Origin: Octopus sinensis
Lineage: Eukaryota
DNA: 64,000 nucleotides
NCBI RefSeq assembly: GCF_006345805.1
Contig: NC_043010.1
Span: 63,240,001-63,304,000, forward strand
Direction of reading: 5' to 3'
In this document: positions 47,046-58,590 of the stretch, one piece after another
Position numbering within the stretch: the stretch's first letter is position 1
How the letters are laid out: each line of letters opens with the position of its first letter
Notes under the pieces: model-generated
Database searches by the model: none
Told to the model about the DNA's origin: nothing
Seen by the model: only the letters and a program-made list of their open reading frames with translations
Program-made: the position numbers and the translations under genes

Positions 47046-48989
47046 ATGCCAGCCAAAGAATTATCACATATTATATTACAGATATAGCAGGAGTGGCTGT
47101 GTGGTAAGTAGCTTGCTTACCAACCACATGGTTCCGGGTTCAGTCCCACTGCGTGGCACCTTGGGCAAGTGTCTTCTACTATAGCCTCGGGCCAACCAAA
47201 GCCTTGTGAGTGGATTTGGTAGATGGAAACTGAAAGAAGCCCGTCATATATATGTATATATATATGCGTGTCTGTGTTTGTCCCCCTAGCATTGCTTGAC
47301 AACCGATGCTGGTGTGTTTATGTCCCCGTTACTTAGCGGTTCGGCAAAAGAGACCGATAGAATAAGTACTGGGCTTACAAAAGAATAAGTCCCGGGGTCG
47401 AGTTGCTCGATTAAAGGCGGTGCTCCAGCATGGCCACAGTCAAATGACTGAAACAAGTAAAAGAGTATATATGACCCTATGTGATCACCTGAAAATCTAG
47501 TAGGTGTGTGTGTTTGTATGTATAGATATATGTATGTGTGTGTCATGTTGAATGCATTTGGATCCCACTGACCCGTCTCCCTCACACTTCCCTGTCCCTT
47601 ACCACCCCTGCAACCCACATTTCTTACAAGGTTTGTATCCTCCAGCAACTGTTGTACAGATGTTCAGCAACCTCTCTGCCTCTTCTTCTTTTGTCACTTA
47701 CTGGTTCCCATAGTAATGGTTGGTGTACAACTTCATCTCTTTTCTCTGCCATAAACTCAAACCTGTATTGTTTGATGGTTTCTTTTAATAATGCCATAGT
47801 TCCATGTAATAATACTGTTCAGTAAATGTTGCTTCTGTCTATTTCGGTTTGGTTTCTATGGCCGGATGCCCTTCCTAAAGCCAATCAGTTTAAAGAGTGT
47901 GCTGGGTGCACTTATGTAGCACTGACACCTACAAGACAAGACCTCTCACCTGGGAGAGGGGATGGGGCCACGGCCGTAAAGGACATGCCAATATGTATGG
48001 ATGGTTGCAATTTTGCTTAGCTTGACATGTCTTCTCAAGTACTGCAAATTGCCACAAGTCATGGTCCCTTGTCAAATTGCCATAAGTCCGGGTCCCTTGT
48101 CCCAGATATATATATATATATATCATCATCATCATCATCATCATCATCATACGTCCGCTTTCCATGCTAGCATGGGTTGGACGGTTCAACCAGGGTCTTG
48201 GAGGCCAAGAGGCTGCACCAGGCTTCAGTCTGATCTGGTAGTGTTTCTACAGCTGGATACCCTCTTAACGCCAACCATTCCGTGAGTGTAGTTGGGTGCT
48301 TTTTACGTGCCACTGGCACAGGGGCCAGGCGAGGCTGGCAAACGGCCACGATCAGATGGTGCTTTTTACGTGTCACCGACACAGACACCTGTGAGGCAAT
48401 ATATATATATATATATTTATTATTAAAATTAATCAAAGAACATATTAAGTATATCTGCCTGCTGGAAATAACAGTCAAAACTCTTATTTAAATCGCCAAA
48501 GAACACTGATAATAACTACAGATATCAGCCATCCGAATGCAAACGGGCTAAGACAAAATCCCAACGTTCAGTCATGGGTGAGGGGAATATATTAAGGACA
48601 GGGATTTTACAGCCAGATGCCCTTCTGGAGTTGAAAGGTTGCTTCCCAGCCGCATGGGTTCATGTTCAGTCCTGCTGGGTGGAACTTTGGGCAAGTGTCT
48701 TCTACTAGAACTTTCTTATGTGGTGCTGGCACAAGTGTCTTTTACGTGGCACCAGCACGGCTGCTTTTTATGCAACACCAGCATCCGTTTCCAATATTTT
48801 TTGAAAGAGGTGACGATTGGCAACAGAAAGGCCATCTGGCCATAGAAAATCTGTCTCAATTTAATCCGACCCATGCAATCTTGGAAAGAGGGTGAATAAA
48901 ATAATAATTGATATGGATGTAAGCAAGCGTGTGTGTGTGTATTTACAATTATACTTTTATACAACTGTCTGTATTTGAGATTTGCTCTA

Positions 48990-49170
48990 CCCTTCTTCTT
49001 CTTGCTTTTCTTCCTCTTCTTCTTCTTCTTGCTTTGCTTCTTCTTCCACTTCTTCCTTTTCTTCTTCTTCCACTTCTTCCTTTTCTTCTTCTTTTTCTTC
49101 TTCTTCCATTTCTTCTTTTCTTCTTGCTTTTTTCTTCTTCCACTTTTTCTTCTTCTTCTTCCACTTCCTT

Positions 49171-49201
<31 letters not shown>

Positions 49202-50400
49202 ATTTCTTCCTTTTCTTCTTCTTCTTTTCCTCTTCTTCTTCTTCTCTTCCATTTTTCTCTTTCCTTCCTTTTCTTCTTCTTGCTTTCCTTCTTCTTCCAC
49301 TTCTTCTTCTTCTTCCTCTTCTTCTTCTTCCACTTTTTCTTCTTCTTCCACTTCCTTTTCTTCTTTTTCCATTTCTTCCTTTTCTTCTTCTTGCTGTCCT
49401 TCTTCTTCTTGATTTTCTTCTTCCTCTTCTTCTTCTTGATTTTCTTCTTCCACTTCTTCTTCCATTTCTTCCATTTCTTCTTCTTCCCTTTCTTCTTCTT
49501 CCCTTTCTTCTTCTTCTTCTTTTTCTTCCACTTTTCTTCTCTCTTCTTCTTGTCTCTTCTCTCTTCTTTTCTCCACTTCTTCTTTGTCCTCTTCTTCACT
49601 TCTTTTTCTTCTTCTTCTTCCACTTTCTTCACTCTTCTTTGTCCTCTTCTTCTTCTTCTTCTTCTTTCTTCCCTTCTTCTTTGTCCTCTTCTTCCACTTC
49701 TTCTTCTTCTTCTTGCTTTCCTTCTTCTCCCTTCTTTTTATTCTTCTTCTTCTTCCACTTCTTCTTTGTCCTCTTCTTCCACTTCTTCTTCTTCTTCCAC
49801 TTCTTCTTCCACTTCTTTTTTGACCTCTTCTTCCACTTCTTTTTCTTCTTCTTCCACTTCTTCTTCTTCTTCTTCCACTTCTTCTTTGTCCTCTTCTTCC
49901 ACTTCTTTTTCTTCTTCTTCTTCCACTTCTTCCACTTCTTCTTTGTCCTCTTCTTCTTCTTCTTGCTTTCCTTCTTCTTCCACTTCTTTTTCTTCTTCTT
50001 CTTCCACTTCTTCTTTGTCCTCTTCTTCCACTTCTTTTTCTTCTTCTTCTTGCTTTCCTTCTTCTTCCACTTCTTTTTATTCTTCTTCTTCTTCCACTTC
50101 TTCTTTGTCCTCTTCTTCCACTTCTTCTTCTTCTTCCACTTCTTCTTCCACTTCTTTTTTGACCTCTTCTTCCACTTCTTTTTCTTCTTCTTCCACTTCT
50201 TCTTTGTCCTCTTCTTCCACTTCTTTTTCTTCTTCTTCTTCCACTTCTTCTTTGTCCTCTTCTTCTTCTTCCACTTCTTTTTCTTCTTCTTCATTGTCCT
50301 CTTCTTCTTCTTGCTTTTCTTCTACTTCTTCTTCCACTTCTTCCTCTTCTCCTCCTCCTCCTTCTTTTCCTGGTTTAATTTTTCCTCCTCTTTCTTTCTT
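48990..50400. repeat. 1.4-kb (CTT)n-based polypyrimidine tract with internal higher-order duplications
   Basis: CTT/CCACTT/TTTGTCCT mosaic; the block at about 49710-49860 recurs at about 50050-50200. Confidence 0.95.
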
Positions 50401-50408
50401 CCTTGCAG
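50401..50408 (+). promoter_or_regulatory. Candidate 3' splice acceptor at the end of the pyrimidine tract
   Basis: ctttctttcttccttgcag|ATGGC with AG at 50407-50408, followed by about 250 bp of complex sequence with only short ORFs (UTR-like). Confidence 0.4.
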
Positions 50409-52463
50409 ATGGCAACAGTGTGATGTCCAACTCGGCGGGAGATATGAAACACCAAAGAAGGCCATGATTCACGGCTGATCATTGAAGGCGAACAACTAAC
50501 ATGGTGGCTATTCAGTGTTGTCTGTGTATTAACACAGAGGGGATGGGGAGCCAGGCGTGCCCTCTGGTGATCACATCCTTCTAGTCCCTTACTGGTTCAT
50601 GATGACACCTTGGCTTGCGGGGTAAAGTCTTTCTGGCCACAGCGCAACACTTCAGTTGCGCCCAAGTTTTATTTATATCCCAACAGCAACAATAACAACA
50701 CAAAACAATACAAAAACAACAGTTACAACAACAACAACAACAATAATAATAATTGAATAATAATAATAGCAATAATAATTATGATGGCAGTGGTTGGGGA
50801 TTTGTTATTTAATTAATATATTCTCCTATTTTCTTACTACCTCTTTGTTTAGGTAACGAGCTAATGAGCTTGATATTGCAGTATTAGCTATTAGCATGTT
50901 TAATTGTGAGAAGTGGCTCCGTTTAATTAACAAATAAATTGCTCTATCGTGCTGACATCATCAATATCAGCTGTATTATAGCTATACATACAACTTATAT
51001 GTATATATATAGATAGATAGATATATATATATAGAGAGAGAGCAAGAGAGTGTAACATACAGATTTTCTATAACGAACCATCCATCCAAATTGTAAAAAG
51101 TAATTAATTATGATGCTAACGATATCCATTGATATTGAATATAATTGCAGTAACGTAAACTAAATTGACTAAACTGCAGTGGTGATAACCATTCTATTTA
51201 CTTTGTAATTAGTCCGTAATGGTCTCTGAAAGCACCATCAATTTTAGTCTCTTTTGAACGGTCACACTAGCTGTGATATCACTATCAGCAAACACCGAAA
51301 CAGTTATTGTTCCATTTGATAACAATTTTAGATATAGTCTGCCCTGTGTCTCGATGTCCATCCACAGCACTGATTGAAGTGATATCAGCTTCTGTTAAAC
51401 AATATCTTTGAGACAATAACACCAGGTCCGTCATATAAACCTCTACAAACAATGATACTCCCATGGTAATAATGTTATTTTAACAAACATCAATACTATT
51501 ACATACAACATCTAACACTGCATCATCATCATCATCATTATTATTATTTAAGGAATTATTATTATTATTTAAGAACTTATTATTATCTAATATTGTAGGC
51601 CAGTTAATTGATGATATTGTTATCATTATCATTATTATTTAACTTGTCATTGCGTGAGAACACACGATGACAAACCGATTTTGCCGGGCTCAATAAAAAC
51701 AAAAAAAACCCAATCAGCCAAGACTTGGCTATTGACAACCCCCTTCCCTCTCCCTTACCTGTTTTTATTATTATTATTATTCACTGTTCTGTTAAAGAAT
51801 GAACTATTCTTTAATAATCTAGGATAATTGTTAACGAAAGATGATGACAATATTGCATGAGAACACGAACAATATTGTCACAAAATTTCATAAATGTTTG
51901 CAATCGGTGACCCTGTCGACATATTTCTAACCGATGTGTGGTATTAAAACAGAATTAGAGGCCTCGTTAACTCCCTACCAGCAGACGTGTGTTGTGTCGA
52001 AAGCGAAGTAGAGACTCTGTGAACACGCTTTCAGAAATGTCATTGTTCTGTGAGAACTAAAGCAGTCCCTGTTGCTATGCGCTTGACAGATCTGTGTTTG
52101 CTGCTGCTGCCCTGGCATGAGGCCAACATCCTGAAAATAGGGTCTAACAACCTCACCTGAACTTCAGTTGTCAAACCCAACAACAACACTCAGGGGGTCT
52201 AACAAATAAACTGCAAATTAGGTGCGTGTGTGTGTGTATATATAATATATATATAATATATATATATATATAAAATTATAAATTAGGATATCTACAAGAT
52301 ACCACCATGCTGAAAATAGCAGCCATGATCTGACTCTAAAACCACCTTAATTGATACCGTAATTTATAATTTTAATAATTATACCTTTGAAGGTTATTTT
52401 TTCCATCCTGACCACTTGATAAAATCGTTAGTTTATTTTTAAATTAACGATCTTATCCTTATT

Positions 52464-52495
<32 letters not shown>

Positions 52496-52507
52496 CATAT
52501 ATATATA

Positions 52508-52579
<72 letters not shown>

Positions 52580-53837
52580 CATATATATATATGCACATTC
52601 ACACACATAATATATTCCTTTATTTTGTTGAGGTTTCTTTGCTGAGTGCAGTTAAGAACATCAGCAACTGCAACAATAACAACAAACACTACACTAAGTG
52701 CACCTAATCTGATCTCTCTCCTCCCCCCACCACCACCATCCTCTTAAAAGTCGTCCCTGGGGAAAGAAAGGTTCGTATTAGCAATTATTTTTAGTTTGTC
52801 TCGTCAAGTTAAGGCTTCTTCTTTTAACGACCCACCCCTAAACACTGACACACACACAGTTTCGTTTCTTTTTTTTTTGCGGTGTTTTTTTTTTTTAATT
52901 GTTAATTAAATTTTGTTTTTGTTGACTGAAACCTGTTACTACTACTGCTACTAGTATTATTCTGTGAGTAGTGCAACTGGTGCAGGTGTTAGTAAGTCAA
53001 CTTAGATGCTTTAATTGTATCCAGCTCAGTGTCTCGCTGTCTCCGAGTTCAGTTCATACCTGGCTACAGGGAGCAACGTTGCCTTTCATCCCTCCACGGT
53101 CGATCAAACAACCACCAGTAACATATACTAGAGTTCAGCTGTATATGCTCCTTCCCTACTAAATGTGGCCGTCTACCTACTGAAGGAAGAAAAAGCAAAA
53201 TTACCTTTATTAGTATTAGTAACCTACAACAGGGTCAGTATATGGTGCCCTTGGCCACAACGCAAACCCAAGGTTTACCCATCCCTTGGTAAGACACTTA
53301 TTATTATCATTAATATCCTCAACAGTAAGATACATTCATAGTTTGCTGCCAGAATCATTACTTGTCAAGGGTAATTGACAGCCGAGCAAAACGTCCTACC
53401 TCTGTTACATTTCTGAGATCTTGTCTTCAGGAGGACAACAGTGATTCCTGTCACAGAAGCCTCTTGTGTTAGTGTCAGTTCAATGCAATAGAAGTCATTG
53501 ATTAAAATAGTTAGATAATTCCATATTTGTCTTTAAGTTAAAAGAAAATTTACTGAAGACAATCTTAAGAGTTTCCAGTTTTATATTCGCTGGGATCTTC
53601 CTGCTTTTGAAAGACAACAGGAAATATCACATATATATTAATTTATTAACTCACAATTATGTCTGAGTAAAAGTGACATATTTTTTTTTAAAAAAGCCAG
53701 TATATATTAAGAAAACCCAGAACTAAACTGAATAAAATAAAAGGATTGTTTTAATTATAATTAATAATTCTGTAATCATAAATAAGGTATTTTAGGCTAT
53801 TTAACTAAGGGCAGAGTTCTCCTATCTCTTCTTCAAG

Positions 53838-55196
53838 ATGTGTTCTAATTCAGCTGTACAATACCCTCCCATTACAAACCATGTGAACTACCATGCCTGT
53901 AGTTTAGCGTACTCTCAGGTCGGCATCACTCCCTCCTACCTCAGTTATAAGCAGAGGTATATTGAAAAGAAGCCCTATAAATGCAATATCTGCCGTAAGC
54001 GGTTTGCATTAAGAGCCTACCTGAAGAAACATGAAATGGCTCCTGAGGCCGGCAAACATTTCACATGTATGTTTTGCGGTAAAGCTTTCCCGGAGCGTGA
54101 CAAACTGCGTAATCACGAACGTACTCACACCGGTGAGAGACCCTTCCCTTGTGAGCTTTGTGATATGGCTTTTGCTCAGAAAGATAAGTTGAAGATCCAT
54201 CAACTGACCCACACCGGCAGCAAACCCTTTCAGTGTACTATATGCCACAAAGCCTTCTCTAGAAACGATAAACTTAAAATACACACCCGTTCTCACACAG
54301 GAGAGCGGCCTTTTGAATGCTTAATTTGTCGTCGCGCGTTCTCTCGCAACGACAAGTTAAAGCTGCATCAGCGGTCGCACACGGGTGAAAAACCATTTGA
54401 GTGCCCCGTTTGTCAACGGTGTTTTTCACGCAATGACAAGCTGAAAATTCATGAGAGATCACACACAGGGGAGAAACCATTTAGCTGTGGGATTTGTCAG
54501 AAAGCTTTCTCTCGTAAGGACAAGATGAAAATTCATGAATTCACACACAGTGGGGAAAAGCCATTTAGTTGTTCGCTCTGCTCAAAGTCCTTCTCTCGCA
54601 AGGACAAGCTAAAACTGCACGAGTTTACGCATTCAGGACAGAAGCCTTACAGTTGCGAAATATGCCGCCGTGCATTCTCTCGCAACGACAAGCTGAAGTT
54701 GCACCAGCGCACACACATAGCCAGTGCCATGGGTACAGAGGAGAACAAGATGAACAAATGCGACAAAGATTACACCATGGCTGCTGCGGCTGCACCACCA
54801 CCACTGCCACCTCAACGATGCAACGTTGATAAACACAGCCAGTGTCACGCAGGGAACCACGCTGTCACCACACTGGTTGCATCTGCACCAACTTCGGTGC
54901 AGTCTTCGTCTATGATACCAACACCAGCTGCATGTTCACACCAAAGAATGCCCTCTCACTTGCCACATCTGCCACAGCTCCCACCGCTCACCCTCAACTC
55001 TCCTCCCATGGCCACGGCCTGCTCTCACCAGATGTCGGCTTTGAACAACTTCAACTGGAAGAGAAACGTTCCCCCCATGACGTCCACGTGGACTACAAAC
55101 TGGGGTAACACCCTCAGCGTGCCGTCCTACAGCATCGGACAGAGGAAGTGTGAGAACCAGGAAGCAGTACACAGCATTCAAACCTTAATGCACTAA
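53838..55196 (+). CDS. C2H2 zinc-finger protein ZNF-B (452 aa as read; 1 degenerate + 8 intact fingers, Pro/Ala/His-rich C-terminus)
   Basis: Uninterrupted ORF; finger Cys every 84 nt from 53982 to 54654 with TGE[KR]P or SGEKP linkers; finger 1 lacks its second His. The true N-terminus is uncertain because acceptor-like AGs lie at 53795-96, 53836-37 and 53852-53. Confidence 0.93.
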   Translation: MCSNSAVQYPPITNHVNYHACSLAYSQVGITPSYLSYKQRYIEKKPYKCNICRKRFALRAYLKKHEMAPEAGKHFTCMFCGKAFPERDKLRNHERTHTGERPFPCELCDMAFAQKDKLKIHQLTHTGSKPFQCTICHKAFSRNDKLKIHTRSHTGERPFECLICRRAFSRNDKLKLHQRSHTGEKPFECPVCQRCFSRNDKLKIHERSHTGEKPFSCGICQKAFSRKDKMKIHEFTHSGEKPFSCSLCSKSFSRKDKLKLHEFTHSGQKPYSCEICRRAFSRNDKLKLHQRTHIASAMGTEENKMNKCDKDYTMAAAAAPPPLPPQRCNVDKHSQCHAGNHAVTTLVASAPTSVQSSSMIPTPAACSHQRMPSHLPHLPQLPPLTLNSPPMATACSHQMSALNNFNWKRNVPPMTSTWTTNWGNTLSVPSYSIGQRKCENQEAVHSIQTLMH

Positions 55197-55424
55197 CTGA
55201 CAACCCAGCCTGCCCTTTGTGAGGCTTCTCAAATCTGACAGTAAACTACTACATCATTGAATGTTGGTAGCTAACCACCCCAGCCAGCCAGCTATGCCCG
55301 GCCACGACCCCCGTGGCTCGGCTGTCCTAATGTCTACAACATAAACAACTCAACTCTGTATAAAAACAAACCCACCCTTAATCGACCCATTGTAATGATT
55401 TCACCATTGTATATGTCTCCAGTC

Positions 55425-55430
55425 AATAAA
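55425..55430 (+). promoter_or_regulatory. Candidate polyadenylation signal of ZNF-B
   Basis: AATAAA about 230 nt after the stop codon. Confidence 0.35.
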
Positions 55431-55769
55431 GTCTGATACCCAGTGGCTCCTCCCCCACTGGGTACAGCACCATTTTACCAGCATTAAAACTGACAAACCA
55501 CTGATAATGTCTCTTTACATACGTACATATATATTTCCTTTTTCTATTATTAATAATTGGCAGAATTTACAGAGTGACATGAGGGCTGCGGGTTTTGTGT
55601 ATTGGCATTTATCAGAGTTTAATAAGTGCCAATACATGCAAAACTCTTGGCTTTAGAGATGCTCTCCATCTTCTACTGATTATTAATAATTACAAAAAAT
55701 TATATATGTACGTATACTCATGTTTTGAGTTCTATTTTCCTATTTGTATCACCAAACATATAAATGTGT

Positions 55770-56695
55770 ATATATATATATAATATATATATTATATATA
55801 TATTATATAATATATATATATATATTATATAATATATATATATATATTATAATATATATATTATATAATATATATATATATATTATATAATATAATATAA
55901 TATATATATTATATATTATATAATATATATATTATAATATATATATTATATATATAAATATAATATATAATATATATATATAATATATATATTATAATAA
56001 TATATTATATATATATTATATTATCTATTTATATTATTATATTGTATTATATTAGTATATATAGATATACATATATATATATTATTATATATATATATAT
56101 ATATCTATATATATAATATATGAATAATTATTAATTTATATTATATAGTATTTATGTATAATATTATATATACTAAGCAATAAATTACGAATACCACATA
56201 CATTAGAAATACATATATATATTCTATAGATTATAATAGGTAAGAGAGAATATTACAGCAATAAATATATGATAGATTGCTATTATTCTCTTTACCTGTT
56301 TGTTAATAATAATCTATTTTATAGAAGGAAATATATAATCTTTAATATTTCTAAATATATTATAATTATTTAAATATATATTATATATAATATATATATA
56401 ATATTAATATAATATATTATTATAATATATATATATAATATATATATTAATAATATTTAATATATATATATTATAATATATATATATATATATAAATATA
56501 ATATATAATATATATATATATATATATATTATAATATATATATATAATATATATATAATATAATATTTAATATATATATTATAATATTTAATATATTATA
56601 TATTATAATATATAATATATATTATAATATATATATTTTAATATAATATATATATTATAATATATATATATAATATTTAATATATATATATATAT
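55770..56695. repeat. Almost pure A/T tract, (TA)n/(TAA)n mosaic
   Basis: About 930 bp with very few G or C. Confidence 0.95.
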
Positions 56696-56726
56696 TGTGT
56701 GTGTTTGCATACATGTTGATCTAGAT

Positions 56727-57050
56727 CAGTGTTTCTCAAGCAAGGTTCACATGACCCCCTGGGAGTCCATAAGTGATTGGGGTGTTATCCATGCATGCAA
56801 AATTGTAAATTGAAGATCTGTAGTAGTATTTTAAGGGTCCATGGAAAAAATTTTGCTTTATTGCAAGAAACTGCCGGGTTTGTTTCTCTGGCATTTTGCA
56901 TAGTTCGACCTACACAAGTGAATGGGTGGGAAACGAAATGGAAATTTTGAAAGAAGTATCTAGAAAACTAGTGAATGGCTCTGGGGGGTCCACCAGAGTA
57001 AAATAGTAACCAAAGGGGTTCATAGATAAAAAATTGGTTGAGAACAACTG
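56727..57050. mobile_element. hAT (Charlie-like) MITE
   Basis: TIRs cagtgtttctcaa / ttgagaacaactg; flanks atctagat and gcctagat, a decayed 8-bp TSD of the NTCTAGAN type. Confidence 0.7.
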
Positions 57051-57720
57051 GCCTAGATCAATTCTACCAACCACTGATCAAAGATGGTCATGGCTGTTTT
57101 GATTGTGACCATCTTTTTTTTTTTCTTTTGAGAAATGGTTTATCTGGAATTTGCAAGAAGGTATGATGTGATTTGAAAGATATTTAGCTGTTATTTCTAG
57201 CATGTACCATGTTTTAAAAAAAAATTATATTTGATTTTTACATCCATTCTTCCATGCTGGCATGGGTTAGAGGAATATATTATTGAAGTATTTTTGTACA
57301 ACTGGATGCCCTTGTTGCTGACCCTTACATACTTTCAAGTAAAGGATCCCTTATTCCACACATCTTCAAAGGCACAAATCCAGTGAATGGTTTGTTGATG
57401 GCAGACAGGTGAATGACAGCAATGTCGCCGCTGGGACCTCGGCAGTTTTCAGAGAGGCAGAAATGTAAACAGACACACACACATGTAGTTATCTATCATT
57501 ACACGATGAGCTTCTTTCAGTTTCTGTATATCAAATCCACTCACAAGGCTTTGATTGGCCCAGGGCTATAATGAAAAATACTTGCCCAAAGTGTAGCACT
57601 GTGGGACTGAACCCAAAATCTTGTGTTTGGGAAGCAAGCTTTGTAACCCCATGGCTTTGACTGCTTTTGCTAATTTTTTTAGGTGTTTAAATAATTATGA
57701 ACAGATACAGACACCATTTT

Positions 57721-57953
57721 AAGGTGGTGAGCTGGCAGAAATGTTAGCATGCTGGGCGAAATGCTTAGCGGTATTTTGTCTGCCGTTAGGTTCTGAGTTC
57801 AAATTCTACCGAGGTCGACTTTGCCTTTCATCCTTTCGGGGTCGATAAATTAAGTACCAGTTACGCACTGGGATTGATATAATCAACTTAATCCGTTTGT
57901 CTGTCCTTGTTTGTCTCCTCTATGTTTAGTCCCTTATGGGCAATAAAGAAATA
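57721..57953 (+). mobile_element. Full-length SINE family A monomer with an 18-bp TSD
   Basis: TSD agatacagacaccatttt at 57703-57720 and 57954-57971; defines the monomer boundaries. Confidence 0.92.
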
Positions 57954-58352
57954 AGATACAGACACCATTTTGGCTTCATAACCCCTGACCCAGCAGATGT
58001 TGGAGGGAAAGAGGCCTGAACCAACACTCAGGCTAGTAGCCATTTCAGCTGAGTGGATGTTGAGTACAGTGTAATACTCAGCTGGATGGAATAACTAGAT
58101 CTGTGGACAATACCCATTGTTCAAAGGACAGCCTACTGAGCCAACATGGTGACCTCTTATGGTGTCTCTTGGTCTGCTAGAAATAATAGCAAATCTCAAA
58201 TTACATTTTACTATCTTAAAAAAAAAGGGACACATTGGATCACTAGATTCACTATTTTTGGAAACAAGATAGGATGGTCACTGCTGGAATGTCTGCAGTT
58301 AGATAACCTATGTGGGTATCTCTTTGAAAAATACTCAGCTCTACTAAAGATT

Positions 58353-58590
58353 GGTGGAGGCATGTGGCTTAGTGGTTAGGGTGTCAGTATCATGATCATA
58401 AAATTGTGGTTTCGATTCCTGGACTGGGCGACGCGTTGTGTTCTTGAGCAAAACACTTCATTTCACGTTGCTCCAGTCCACTCAGCTGGCAAAATTGAGT
58501 AACGCTGTGATGGACTGCCGTCCCATCCAGCTGGAGAACACATACGCCATGGAAACCGGGTCCATGAGCCTGGCTAGGCTTTAAAAAAAA
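58353..58590 (+). mobile_element. tRNA-derived SINE (family E)
   Basis: ggtggagggcatgtggcttagtggttagg..ggtttcgattcctggac..ttcttgagcaaaacacttc; related copies at 33390-33670 and 63234-63325. Confidence 0.75.

Noticed and set aside
48716-50478. Long Glu/Lys-rich and Phe/Ser-rich ORFs
   Set aside because: They are translations of (CTT)n/(GAA)n in every frame; no domain or codon structure.
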